DNA of 52,781 nt, filler included, from Jimgerdemannia flammicorona (Eukaryota): assembly GCA_003990765.1 (NCBI GenBank). It is 2 parts of 2 records of this genome, joined end to end, with 100 filler letters (N's around TTAATTAATTAA, not from the genome) between each part and the next. Parts side by side here need not be neighbours in the genome. Positions count along the whole stretch, not along the records: positions 1 to 26,344 come from RBNJ01000734.1; 1 more part is not named here. One strand, written 5' to 3'. The position numbers were made by a program, and so were the translations under genes. Below the pieces are notes generated by a model. It was not told the origin of the DNA. It searched no databases and saw nothing but the letters and a program-made list of their open reading frames with translations. This document shows positions 13,101 to 22,914 of the stretch, piece after piece (the stretch's first letter is position 1; each line of letters starts with the position of its first letter).

Positions 13101-14350
13101 AATTGTCTCTGATAGGACATGTTTCAATTCTGAACATCTATTGGCTGCCAAAGGTGTGGTATCTGGCTTATCATCTGGACTTCCCAGCTTGGGTGGTGAA
13201 GCGATTGATAAAGCTGACCAAGGGGTGGATCTGGGCTAGAAGGCAGAGTCAGATCAGCTGGGAGGTCTTGTACTTACTGGTGGTGAGTGGGGGACTCGGG
13301 CTGGTTGACTTTCCTAAGAGGCTGCACTGCTTGAGAGCATGGTGGCTGAAGAGAGTGGTGGAGTTGAGAGGGGGTGGTTGGGTTCCTCTACTGCAGAAAG
13401 TTTGAGAGATGAGGTCCTCTTCGAGGGGTTCAACTGGTGATCTCCTAGCACTTGTGGGCCTTCAGAACTCTGGACAATTGCAATACAAAGGCTTCTGGTG
13501 GGGAGTGGTAGAGGGGGTGTGCCACATTAGAATTAGGTGGCAGGGAAATGAAGGGGAGGAGGCTTGGGACCCAGTGATGTGGAGATGGGACCAAGTGTTA
13601 CTAGGTGGCATTTCCTTAATTGAGTTTGACATTAGGGATGAGATCAAATGCCAATGGGGACCTGGCCAGGATCTGTGGCCTAGCAGTTGGCAGGAAGTAG
13701 GAATCAGCGAGGAGTGAGACTGGCATAGCATTTGGGCCTGGAGTACCAAGGTGAGAAGGTGGCTGCTGCCGAAGTATTGGGTGGTCTGGTGGCATGTACT
13801 GAGGCGAAATGTCATACTCAACTTCTGCTCTGGTCACCTTTTTGAGAGAGGCTGCTTCAACTGTGAAGAGTGTTATAATGTAGAGCAGGAAGAGAGATAT
13901 GTACAGACACCTGAACATTGGCTAGGAGAGTGTGAGGTACTTAGTACCTTTTGGCAGAACATTGGGGATCATCTGGGAGTAGTGTGTAGGGGAGTTGCCA
14001 TACAGGGGTGATGGGAGAATTTAAGGGGCAGGCTGGAGGGGGGGGGTGGAGAAGGAATGGCTGATGCTAGGTTGGACTTTGGCCATTTGGGTGGGGCTGG
14101 CCAGTCACTGGTTATTTGTTTTTGAGGATGAGAGGAAACTTGGCTCCGAGGGCAGGCTGCTGAGGTGGCAGAGACTTATGGAAGACACCTTGATGGGCTG
14201 GTGGCTTGGTTGGGGGTTGAAGGGAGGTTGAAGACATCATTTGGTAGAATAAATCTGTCAGTAGAGTGGGGGGAGGGTTGGTGTTGTGGGTGAGAAAGTA
14301 GTCTTTATTCATGTAGGTAGAGGGAGTGGCACCCCTATGGGGATTGGGTA
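10195..14350 (+). pseudogene. LINE ORF2: APE endonuclease - reverse transcriptase - C-terminal CCHC, disrupted
   Basis: Motifs SLNVNGL, LLQD, GGDFN, RIDWI, WSDH (APE); PGEDGLP, NWRPIMLL, QRGF, GVPQGD.LSP.L, FADD, YLG (RT); CEEC...EHWLGEC. Confidence 0.93.
11153..11663. mobile_element. Unclassified 511-bp CpG-rich insertion inside LINE ORF2
   Basis: Removing it together with one flanking GAG restores ...RLFRA RLATLEG... in frame. GAG lies on both sides. No TIR, TG..CA ends or poly(A) are seen. Confidence 0.7.
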
Positions 14351-14411
14351 GTGGGAGGGTGACCTGTATAATTATTAATAGATGGGTAATAAATGGCGGA
14401 GTCCAAGTAAC

Positions 14412-14449
<38 letters not shown>

Positions 14450-15499
14450 AGAGTAGCATTAAGATGAATACTATCAAGATGATTTTTCTAGATACTAATA
14501 TAAGAGAACAAATATGCAATATTTGTACACATAATGAGAGTATAGATGAAAAAGATCTATTATATAGCTACTTATAATAAGATGATTCTTATAATATATA
14601 AGAGAATAAAAATTAGATATGAGAAGGCCATTCAAGATGCTATTACTATATATCTATCTTATCTAAGATATTACTCAATATATTTATTAAAATTATAAGA
14701 GAAATTTAGAGAGATGTGTATCAATACTCACCCCTTCTATTATAAGTAAACTCAATAAATATACTAGAGTTTTATCATAGTGAGCTCAAAGTGAGGATAT
14801 CTAGAATATATAGTATAATTAATAAGTAATTTATTAAATTTTTTAATATTATCTATATATATTAATAATCTTTATACTAATGGCTTATTCTAATTATATA
14901 ATTCTTCTCTATTAAGAGTATCTATAAAGATTGCAGAGCTTGATAATAAGAGGTACATTAGTGCTAAAAAGGCTAAATTTGATTTTTACACAAGATATAT
15001 CTCTGTAATTAATCTCAATAATAATATATATCCTCAAGTAAATATATAAGTTTCCTCTTTTTATATAAGGATGATTACTAATGAGATAATAGCTATAATG
15101 ACAAGATTAGAGAAAGACAAATTATCTTCAGATCTGATATCAGCAGAATATTATTGTCTTTTTTTTCACTATTATCTTCTTCTCTACTAATATATCTTTT
15201 ACAAGTATATCTATAGTGAAGAGAGACTTCTAACTAAAGAGGTTTGAAAGAATTTCCAGCTAATGTTTGAAAAATCTGAGTTTAAAATATATAAGTACTA
15301 TAAGTAAGTTGAAATTATAGAATCTTAAATAGAAGCTAAGAAAGGAACAGAAATATATTCGTTAGTAATTAATAAGCTAATAGAGCAAGTATATGATAAA
15401 TTTTAGAGAATTAAAGAAAGAGGTAATATAAGTATATTATTGATAGTTATTAGATATTTATCAACCTTATTAGACTTAGTTATTAATAGAGAAGATTGA

Positions 15500-16360
15500 G
15501 AACAATCTCTTTTCTCTTTTTTCTTTTTCATTATTAAGAGTAGTCTTTTTTTTCTTTTTTCTTTTTTATCTTTAAGATCTCTTTTTTCTTTTTCATTATT
15601 ATGAGTAATTTTTTTCTCTTTTTTCTTTTTTATCATTAAGAGCAATTTTTTTTCTCTTTTTTCTTTTTCATTATTGAGAGTGTTCTTTTTTCTTTTTTTT
15701 CTTTTTTATCTTTAAGAGTGATCTTTTTTCTTTCTTTCTTTTTTTATTATTTCTATTAGTTTACTTTCTCTTACTTTCTCTCTTTCACAATTATATTAAT
15801 AAAAAAATTCTCTTTTTTTTTTTTAATATTTGATAATTAGAAGATACTCAATTTGGGAGTTCTCTAAAGCCAGGACTGCTATGTGACAAATTTGTCATAT
15901 GAAAAAATACTTATATAATCTTTTGAGACCAAATTGAGTATCTTTTAATTACTGAAATACTAGAAAAACGAAAATATTAAGAGAAAATTTTTATTAATAT
16001 AATTGTGAATGAGAAAAAGAAGAGAGAAAGAGAGAGAAAGAGAACTAATAGAAATGATGAAAAAGAAAAAAGAGAAAAAAGATCACTCTTAATGATAAAA
16101 AAGAAAAAAGAGAAAAAAAATTACTCTTAATAATAAAAAAGAAAAAAGAGAAAAAAGATTACTCTTAATAATAATTACTTTTAAGAATAAAAAAGAAAAA
16201 AGATAAAAAATAAAAAAAATAAAAAAGAAAAAAGAGAAAAAAGATCACTCATAATAATGAAAAAGAAAAAAGAGAAAAAAGATTACTCTCAATAATAAAA
16301 AAGAAAATAGAGAAAAAAAATTGCTCTTAATAATAAAAAAGAAAAAAGAGAAAAGAGATT
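15500..16360. repeat. Inverted pair of low-complexity ~39-bp repeat tracts (T/C-rich 15500-15800; A/G-rich 16010-16360) at the MULE 3' ends
   Basis: Unit ~AAAAAGAAAAAAGAGAAAAAAGATTACTCTTAATAAT and its reverse complement. Confidence 0.85.
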
Positions 16361-17489
16361 GTTCTCAATCTCTTCTGTTAAGAACTAGGTCTAATAAGAT
16401 TAATAAATATCTATAAATGTCAATGATATACTTGTATCACCTTCTTCTTCAATCCTCTAAAATTTGTTACATACTTACTCTATTAGCTTATTAATTACTA
16501 GCTGATATATTTCTACTTCTTTCTTAGCTTTTGTTTGAGATTTTACAATTTCAACTTACTTATAGTACTTATATATTTCAAATTTAGATTTTTCAAATAT
16601 TAGCTAAAAATTCTTCCAAATCTCTTTAGTTAGAAGTTTCTCTTTACTATAGATATTGTGGCGTGCGGTTTGTATCCCTAGTTCTCTTCAGGCACAACTC
16701 AAGGTGCCACTTGATGAAGTGCGCGATATATGACTGAGTACGTTCGCGATGGTTATGGGTCGATAGTCACATGATCAGGTCGTTCGAAACATGCGATAAT
16801 TGATAATAGCGGGAGTTTGTTCGACGATGGCTCAATTGTTTAGTGAAAAGAGTGGCGAATAACTTGGCAGTGAACTTGAATTTATGCGGCGACGACGGGC
16901 TTGGCTTTAAGCAGTTCATGGTGCAGTAGGTCGGAGGTTGACGGCTTGCTCGTCCGTCTTGACTTGTTAACTTGAAAGGTTCCTGGCAGTCATTCGGGTC
17001 TTTGGCAGTGGTCTTGTATCCTTTGGCTGGGTAACTTGGGTTCCTTGGGTTTCCGGGTCTTGAATCTCGAATGGTAGTCAAATGCGCGGTCCGAATGGCG
17101 GTCTGAATGCACGGCGGTCATAGTCTTGAATCCTTGGCTGGGTCTCGGGTCTCGAATGGCAGTCAAATGGCAGCAGTCGGGTAACGTTTTCTTTCTGTGG
17201 CAAGAGAAAATTCTTTAACTCAAACTTCCGAGCAATCCATTGCTCTAGGTTGTTATCTTGTTCTCAGAATTTATCTGGTCTCTTGGAGGCAGTGGTTTCT
17301 TTGTAATCCCTTTTTACTTTTAAATACAAACTGACTGAGGTTTATTCACTCTAAGGATATGGGTTATTTATACAAGTTTGCTAGCTATGGATGCGGCTAA
17401 GGTATACTATGTTGTGGCGAACATTCGCTATGCTATTGGCTTGCACAATGCAAGGTGCAGGCTATTGTTTACTACGGATTGGGTTGTAG

Positions 17490-17712
17490 GGGATAGCAAC
17501 ACTGGATTCGGATGAGCAGACAGGAATGCTGATTATTGCCAGAAATAGTTGTGGAGGGTGGCAATGCTGAAAACGGGTGTTGCTGACTTGCTGACAAAAA
17601 TGCTGAAAATGGTGGCACTGGATAGCAACGCTGGATTTGGACTTGTTGACAAAATGCTGAAAACAGTTGTGCTGGGTAGCAATGCTGGTTCGGACTTGCT
17701 GACTTGCTGACA
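17490..17712. repeat. Degenerate ~54-bp tandem repeats in the putative U3 region
   Basis: Recurrent GGATAGCAACGCTGGAT(T)TGGACTTG(C/T)TGACAAAATGCTGAAAA, 3-4 partial copies between the ORF stop and the TATA box. Confidence 0.7.
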
Positions 17713-17751
17713 TGAAGGCTGCACAATTCTCACAGCTGACGGGTGGTACTT

Positions 17752-18852
17752 CTAGAGGAAATAGTACACTTCGTCTGCGGCAGGCAAACCTTGCTGGGTT
17801 AAGATTTCTTCTTCATCATACTTCTCCTCAAAAGGGGGAAGCACCGGCCAAGAGGTGAGGGGGTAGAAAAGTGGCCAGTCATCTTCAACAACATTCTCCA
17901 ACCCTTGAACAGCTTGAATGCCGACAGAGGACTGGTAGACTCTCTGTTGCTCCTCTTCTTCTTCTGAAAACTCGTCAGTTTCAGTGCCAGAGAGGGTTTC
18001 TTCAGGGGTAGGGTCTTGGAGTTCTTGGGCTTCCTCTTCAAAGACAGGGACCTCTTGGGCTTCTTCTTGATTCGGTTCCCAAATGATGAGATGTGAATTG
18101 TGGCTGACAGGGTGGTGGGTGGTTGGGGTAGCTCCCATGGGTGCTTCTATGGTAATGGGTGGTCCTTCAAATATCTCCATAAGACTCATTAGGTGACCTT
18201 GATGGTTGTCTCGGAGTGGGGTGGTGTGGAAACCTGGTTGAGTAGATTCGGTTTGTTGGCTTCCTACAGCGACGCGGTTGCTACCAGTAGAGTTGGCTAC
18301 TTCAGATTCTATCCAGTCAGCATCTTCAGTTGAAAGGCAGGAGAGGCTGCCAGCTGTTACTCCTTGCAAGTGTGCTATGGCCCAGGGAATATGGTGGAAG
18401 ATTTGGTGGACACGGAGGGCTCTCTTGATTAGCCGGCTAGTGGTTATCAATTCAGTAATGAGGCCTTCCCGATCATCTTCTTGAGTCTCATTGCAAAGGC
18501 GGTGTCTGATTTCGTAGTCATGCCAGAGGGTCATTCGTTCAGTAGTGTCTTTGAGCTGCTGGGTCATTATATACCGGTAGTTGATGAAGTGTCCAAGGTC
18601 CTCGGTGTAGAAGTTCAAGTGTTCAGAAGTATCTGGGCACCAGATGGCCTTCTTGATAGCTTCAAAGATCAGGGTCTTTGGGCCAGACAAAGGGGTAGAG
18701 CGGCGGGAGGTCTGGTTGGATCGGCGAATGGGAGGTATTGTGTGGTGGGTACTTGGTTCTTTGGTGCCGATCCCTGAGGTGGAGTATGGTTCCTTAAATA
18801 ACATGGTCTTCATTTTGGCTCGGATCATCTTGTCTTCTTTTGGGATGATCAC
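17752..18852 (-). CDS. Intact 366-aa (358 from first ATG at 18828) LTR-element accessory protein of unknown function
   Basis: Uninterrupted ORF with a basic N-terminus, a probably helical core and an acidic tail. Protein-level similarity to 35948-36778 supports real coding. Confidence 0.8.
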   Translation of the reverse strand: MIIPKEDKMIRAKMKTMLFKEPYSTSGIGTKEPSTHHTIPPIRRSNQTSRRSTPLSGPKTLIFEAIKKAIWCPDTSEHLNFYTEDLGHFINYRYIMTQQLKDTTERMTLWHDYEIRHRLCNETQEDDREGLITELITTSRLIKRALRVHQIFHHIPWAIAHLQGVTAGSLSCLSTEDADWIESEVANSTGSNRVAVGSQQTESTQPGFHTTPLRDNHQGHLMSLMEIFEGPPITIEAPMGATPTTHHPVSHNSHLIIWEPNQEEAQEVPVFEEEAQELQDPTPEETLSGTETDEFSEEEEEQQRVYQSSVGIQAVQGLENVVEDDWPLFYPLTSWPVLPPFEEKYDEEEILTQQGLPAADEVYYFL

Positions 18853-20614
18853 CTAATGAGTCAGGCTGTCCATTTGATTGTCACGCCATTATGTCGTCTG
18901 ATCTTAGCAGTCACTGGTACTCCATTGTCAATTGCGTACGTCACAATATACTTATGAAAGATATATATATTGGCAGAAAAGAAGATAATAGTGAAAAAAA
19001 AAAGACAATAATATTCTGCTGGTATCAGATTTGGAGATAATTTGCCTTTCTCTAGTCTTGTCATTATAGCTGTTATCTCATCAGTAATTATCCTTTATAT
19101 AGGAAAAGAAAGCTTATATATTTGCTTAAGGATATCATTGCTGAAATTAGCTATAGAGATATGTTTTGTATGGAAATCAAATTCTATCAATATACTTCTT
19201 ATTATCAAGCTCTACAATCTTTATAGATACTTCTAATAGAGAAGAATTATATAATTGAAATAAGTCATTAGTATAAGATTATTAATATAGATAATATTAA
19301 AATATTTAATAAATTACTTACCAATTAAACTATATATTCTAGATATTTTTACTTTAAGCTCACTATAATAAGACTCTAGTATATTCATTGAGGTTACTTA
19401 TACATAGTAGAAGAAGTGAGTGTTGATATACCCAAAGAGTTTATCTCTCTAAATTTCTCTTATAATTTCAATGAATATATTAAGTAATATCTTAGATAGG
19501 ATAGATAGTAATAGTATCTTAAATGGCCTCCTTATATTTAATTTTTATTCTCTTATATATTATAAGGATAAGTAGCTATATGATAGATCTTTTTCATCTA
19601 TAATCTCATTATATATATACTATAAAGAATAATATTATATATTTGCTCTCTTGTATTAGTATCTAGAAAAATCATCTTAATAACATTTACCTTAATGTTC
19701 TCTAGTTAGTAAGTATATATCAAGACTTCTACTGAGAATCAAATCATCAAACTGTCATCAATGTTACTATCACAGTATTACTATTCTTACTGCTTAAGAA
19801 GAAGTATATATCAACATTCTAATAATTATAGCTATTACAAAGATAGAGTATAAAGAGATACTATCCATACTTATTGATATTATGAGTAGAATCAATAAGA
19901 GTTGATCAGTCATATTGTATAAGCTTCTATAACTACCAAAAGTATACAAAGAAAAAGTCTTCTAAGAAGTACTATATAACTAAAAAATGATCAACCTGAT
20001 ATTATCTTTTTAAAAGAAACTTCTCAACAACTTGAATATCATTTTTGAAGTCAGACTTACTAATAAGCCTTATGATTTCTTGTCTATAGACTTTTTGATT
20101 AATGTTGGCAATATTCTTCATAATAATATTCCTTATACTAGAGAAAATATTAAGATTTTTTATCAGCTCTTTGATAGTAGTAATAATAGTAGGTGATATA
20201 TAGAGCTTAGAGACCTTTTGTTTAATTAATATTATAATTTTCTGTAAATACTTCAGTCTATTACTATTCTCTAAGATATGAGTATGATCAGAGATATTAG
20301 TTTACTATTTAACTCAGATCTTTTGAATTGCTATTATATATGTAATCTTAATTTTTATAAAATACTACTCAGCATTACAAGAGTTTGTTTTCCTATACTT
20401 AATGCTCTGATCTTCTTTTTATATGCTTAACTGATTGTACTTCAAAAATTAGCAGGAGAAAATCTTTCACTCATCTCTATTAGAAAGTTGTCTGGAGTGT
20501 TATTGTATTCAAATATTTGAAATAAGTAGTTACTCTTCCTTATTGAATTCTTCTATTGAAAGTTCAAATGATTTATAGATATTGAATAGATGAATATATT
20601 TCTCTTTAAATATC

Positions 20615-20870
20615 ATTGTGATAATTCTATTAGTAGTATATTGCATCAGTCTGTGATAATTCCATTAGTAATATATCATATCAGTCTATGATAATTCTGT
20701 TAGTAGTAAATTGTATAAGTCTATGGTAATTCTATTAGAAAGTATTGTACCAGTCCATGGTAATTCTGTTAGTAGTGTATTATATCAGTCTATGGTAATT
20801 CTATTAGTAGTGCATTATATCAGTCTAGGGTAATTTCATTAGTAGTACATTATGTCTGTCCATAATAATT
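20615..20870. repeat. 35-bp tandem repeat of MULE copy 2 (~7 units)
   Basis: CAGTCTATGGTAATTCTATTAGTAGTGCATTATAT-type units, the reverse complement of those at 6941-7125. Confidence 0.88.
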
Positions 20871-21845
20871 CTTGATATAATTGTGAGAATAATAATAAAT
20901 AATAATAATAATAAAGTGCTAGATAAATAATAATTTGTGATTCATCTTGTATTATATGTAAGAGTGAATAAATCTCAGTCTGAAATTGAAACCAAAAAGT
21001 AAAAGACAAGTCTGCCTACTGCACTTTGAGATATATACCTGCCAAAAGCCACTTGATCCAGGAAAGATTGCAATACTTAGGAGAAATACCTGCTCTAAAG
21101 CCACTTTTAGGAGATTGTGAGCTTGATGTCCTTTTCCACTCTGGTCCACTTTCTGATACAAAGAAGTCTGCCATCTTGCCACAAAGCCAGTCCACCTGAT
21201 GCACCTTCACAGTGAATTCATTCGCGCAAACAAAGCAGTCTTTGACGTAACTTTGCTCAAGGGAAGTCCACCAAGAAGCCTGCCGATTCAGGAATAATCC
21301 ACGCCAACTAAAATCCACGCCAACTAAAATCCACACCAGCTATGTAACCCGCCATCTAAGGAAGAATCCGCTTCACCCGCCATATCTGCATCACGCCACC
21401 CAGGAATTCGCCGCCTAATTAAAAAATTGCCGAAATCACCCGCGTTATGCGAAACAGAACATTTTGTTGCTTTTGACAAAGTAACTGGGGGCTCAAGCAA
21501 ATCTACATAGCAGCCCCAGCCTTGTAATTTGTCTCCATTGAGCTGGCACATTACAATATATATAGAGTAACCATGCTAAATATTCTTTATATATCTGACA
21601 ATACTATAGTATTTACTTATTACAATATATTTTTATTAAAGATATATAGAATTACTCTTACATATATCACAATTTTTACTCTTTTGATATTTTTCTTTTT
21701 TTTTCTATATTCTTTGATATATTTTTAGTAATTCTTACTCAAGGTTTTCTTTTGATTCTTTCCAATGAGTCTTATAAGTAATTTCTTCTATATCTAAATA
21801 TTATTTGATAGCTTTTGTATTGAATATTTTGAAAACATATAGTAC

Positions 21846-22489
21846 TTTTTTTTTTTATATATAGTTACTTGGACTTTATCATTTATTACTAATACTAAAC
21901 CAATCTATATCTATAAAATATACAATAACCCCACCCCTACCCAATCCCCCAGAGGGGTCTCCCTCTCCTCATCATAATAAAAGATCACCAGACTATTAAC
22001 TACCACAACTCTTCTACCACTCTACTTTCAAATACCCTCTACTAAACATCATCAATAACTACCCTGGAGGTTCTACCCTATTTACCAACCAGACAGAATA
22101 TCCCCCATCAACCACTCTCACCTTACCACCTTCTTCTCTAAGCTCATCTACCTATCCTCCTCAAATATATACAGCCAATGTCTAGCCAACTTCACTTATA
22201 ATATCAATGCTCACTTAATAGTGAGTCACTCATTACCAACATACTCAACCAACCTCATCTTCAAATTCTCCCATCTACTCCCTGTCCCATCAACATGTTA
22301 CCTTATCTCCAGAACCCTAACTATATTCCAGAAATCACTAATAACCATACACTCTCTCAGCCAATGTTCAGGCATCTGTACAAACCCTTCTTCTGCTCCA
22401 CATCATAATACTCTTCACAATCAAAGAATCCTCTATCAACTAAATAACCCAAGTGAAAGTTCAACATGATATTTCTCCTCAGTAAGTGC
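21846..22489 (-). mobile_element. 5'-truncated family-A LINE
   Basis: Poly(T) at 21846-21856, then ATATATAGTTACTTGGACT (terminal motif). Encodes the VQMPEHWLREC region. 14-bp TSD AAAACATAT(A/G)GTAC at 21832-21845 / 22490-22503. Confidence 0.88.
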
Positions 22490-22914
22490 AAAACATATGG
22501 TACAATCTTTTCAGCTGCTCTTTTTTCAAAATACTTCTAATCATACTATCGTTTTTTTGAATCCATAGTGGGCTTGATGTATATTAGTTTCATGTTTATA
22601 TTTTATATAGAGATAGCCGTATGTATTAATCACATTTTTGAGAAGCATAACGAAGAATATATGGCACGCATTGTTACATTTGGAATCGACTGCATATTAA
22701 TCGTCAACCGAGCATTTATATCGATCAAGATCGAAATTTGAAAAAGGGAGTCCTGGATTCTAAGGCAGTAGGCTATCTAAATTCACAATGTCCGTCTTCT
22801 TAGTTCCACGTGTAGGCGACTTGGGTGGCGGTCGTTCGACATTAGTTCTACGGACGTGATAACATGATTAACATCATGCTGTCAGACAAAGAATAATTCA
22901 GTATAAGCTTAACA

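Larger units (their letters stand above)
8044..14447 (+). mobile_element. Full-length L1-like LINE, family A
   Basis: 17-bp TSD AACCAGAGTAGCATTAA at 8027-8043 and 14446-14462. Poly(A) at 14415-14447. The empty site is visible in the second MULE copy near 19700. Confidence 0.95.
6516..15855 (+). mobile_element. Degenerate MULE (Mutator-like) DNA transposon, copy 1, interrupted by a LINE and lacking its right TIR
   Basis: Has a ~68-bp end sequence (6516-6583) that recurs at 15856-15924. Contains IDSTYNINKY at ~7845 (MULE first-D motif) and RLEK.K...Y.CLFF..YLL...IF at 15100-15200 (eroded SWIM finger). It is an inverted homologue of 15930-20960. Confidence 0.75.
16657..18945 (-). mobile_element. 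2289-bp TG...CA element, probably a long ORF-containing solo LTR
   Basis: Ends TGTGGCGTGCG / CGTACGTCACA (11-bp imperfect IR). 4-bp TSD ATAT is confirmed against the empty site at ~15205. On the minus strand, TATAAATA (17365-17372) is followed by AATAAA (17341-17346), as in the gypsy LTRs. No gag/pol or transposase. Confidence 0.8.
15856..20960 (-). mobile_element. Degenerate MULE copy 2, tail-to-tail with copy 1, interrupted by the 2.3-kb element and truncated at its 5' end
   Basis: The reverse complement matches 6850-8043 + 14463-15855. ORF 18861-19064 gives TRLEKGKLSPNLIPAEYYCLFF. The TIR-like end is at 15856-15924. Confidence 0.78.

Noticed and set aside
15403..15645. Lys-rich ORF (and poly-K/poly-F ORFs at 14112-14577)
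   Set aside because: These are translations of low-complexity repeats and poly(A) tails.
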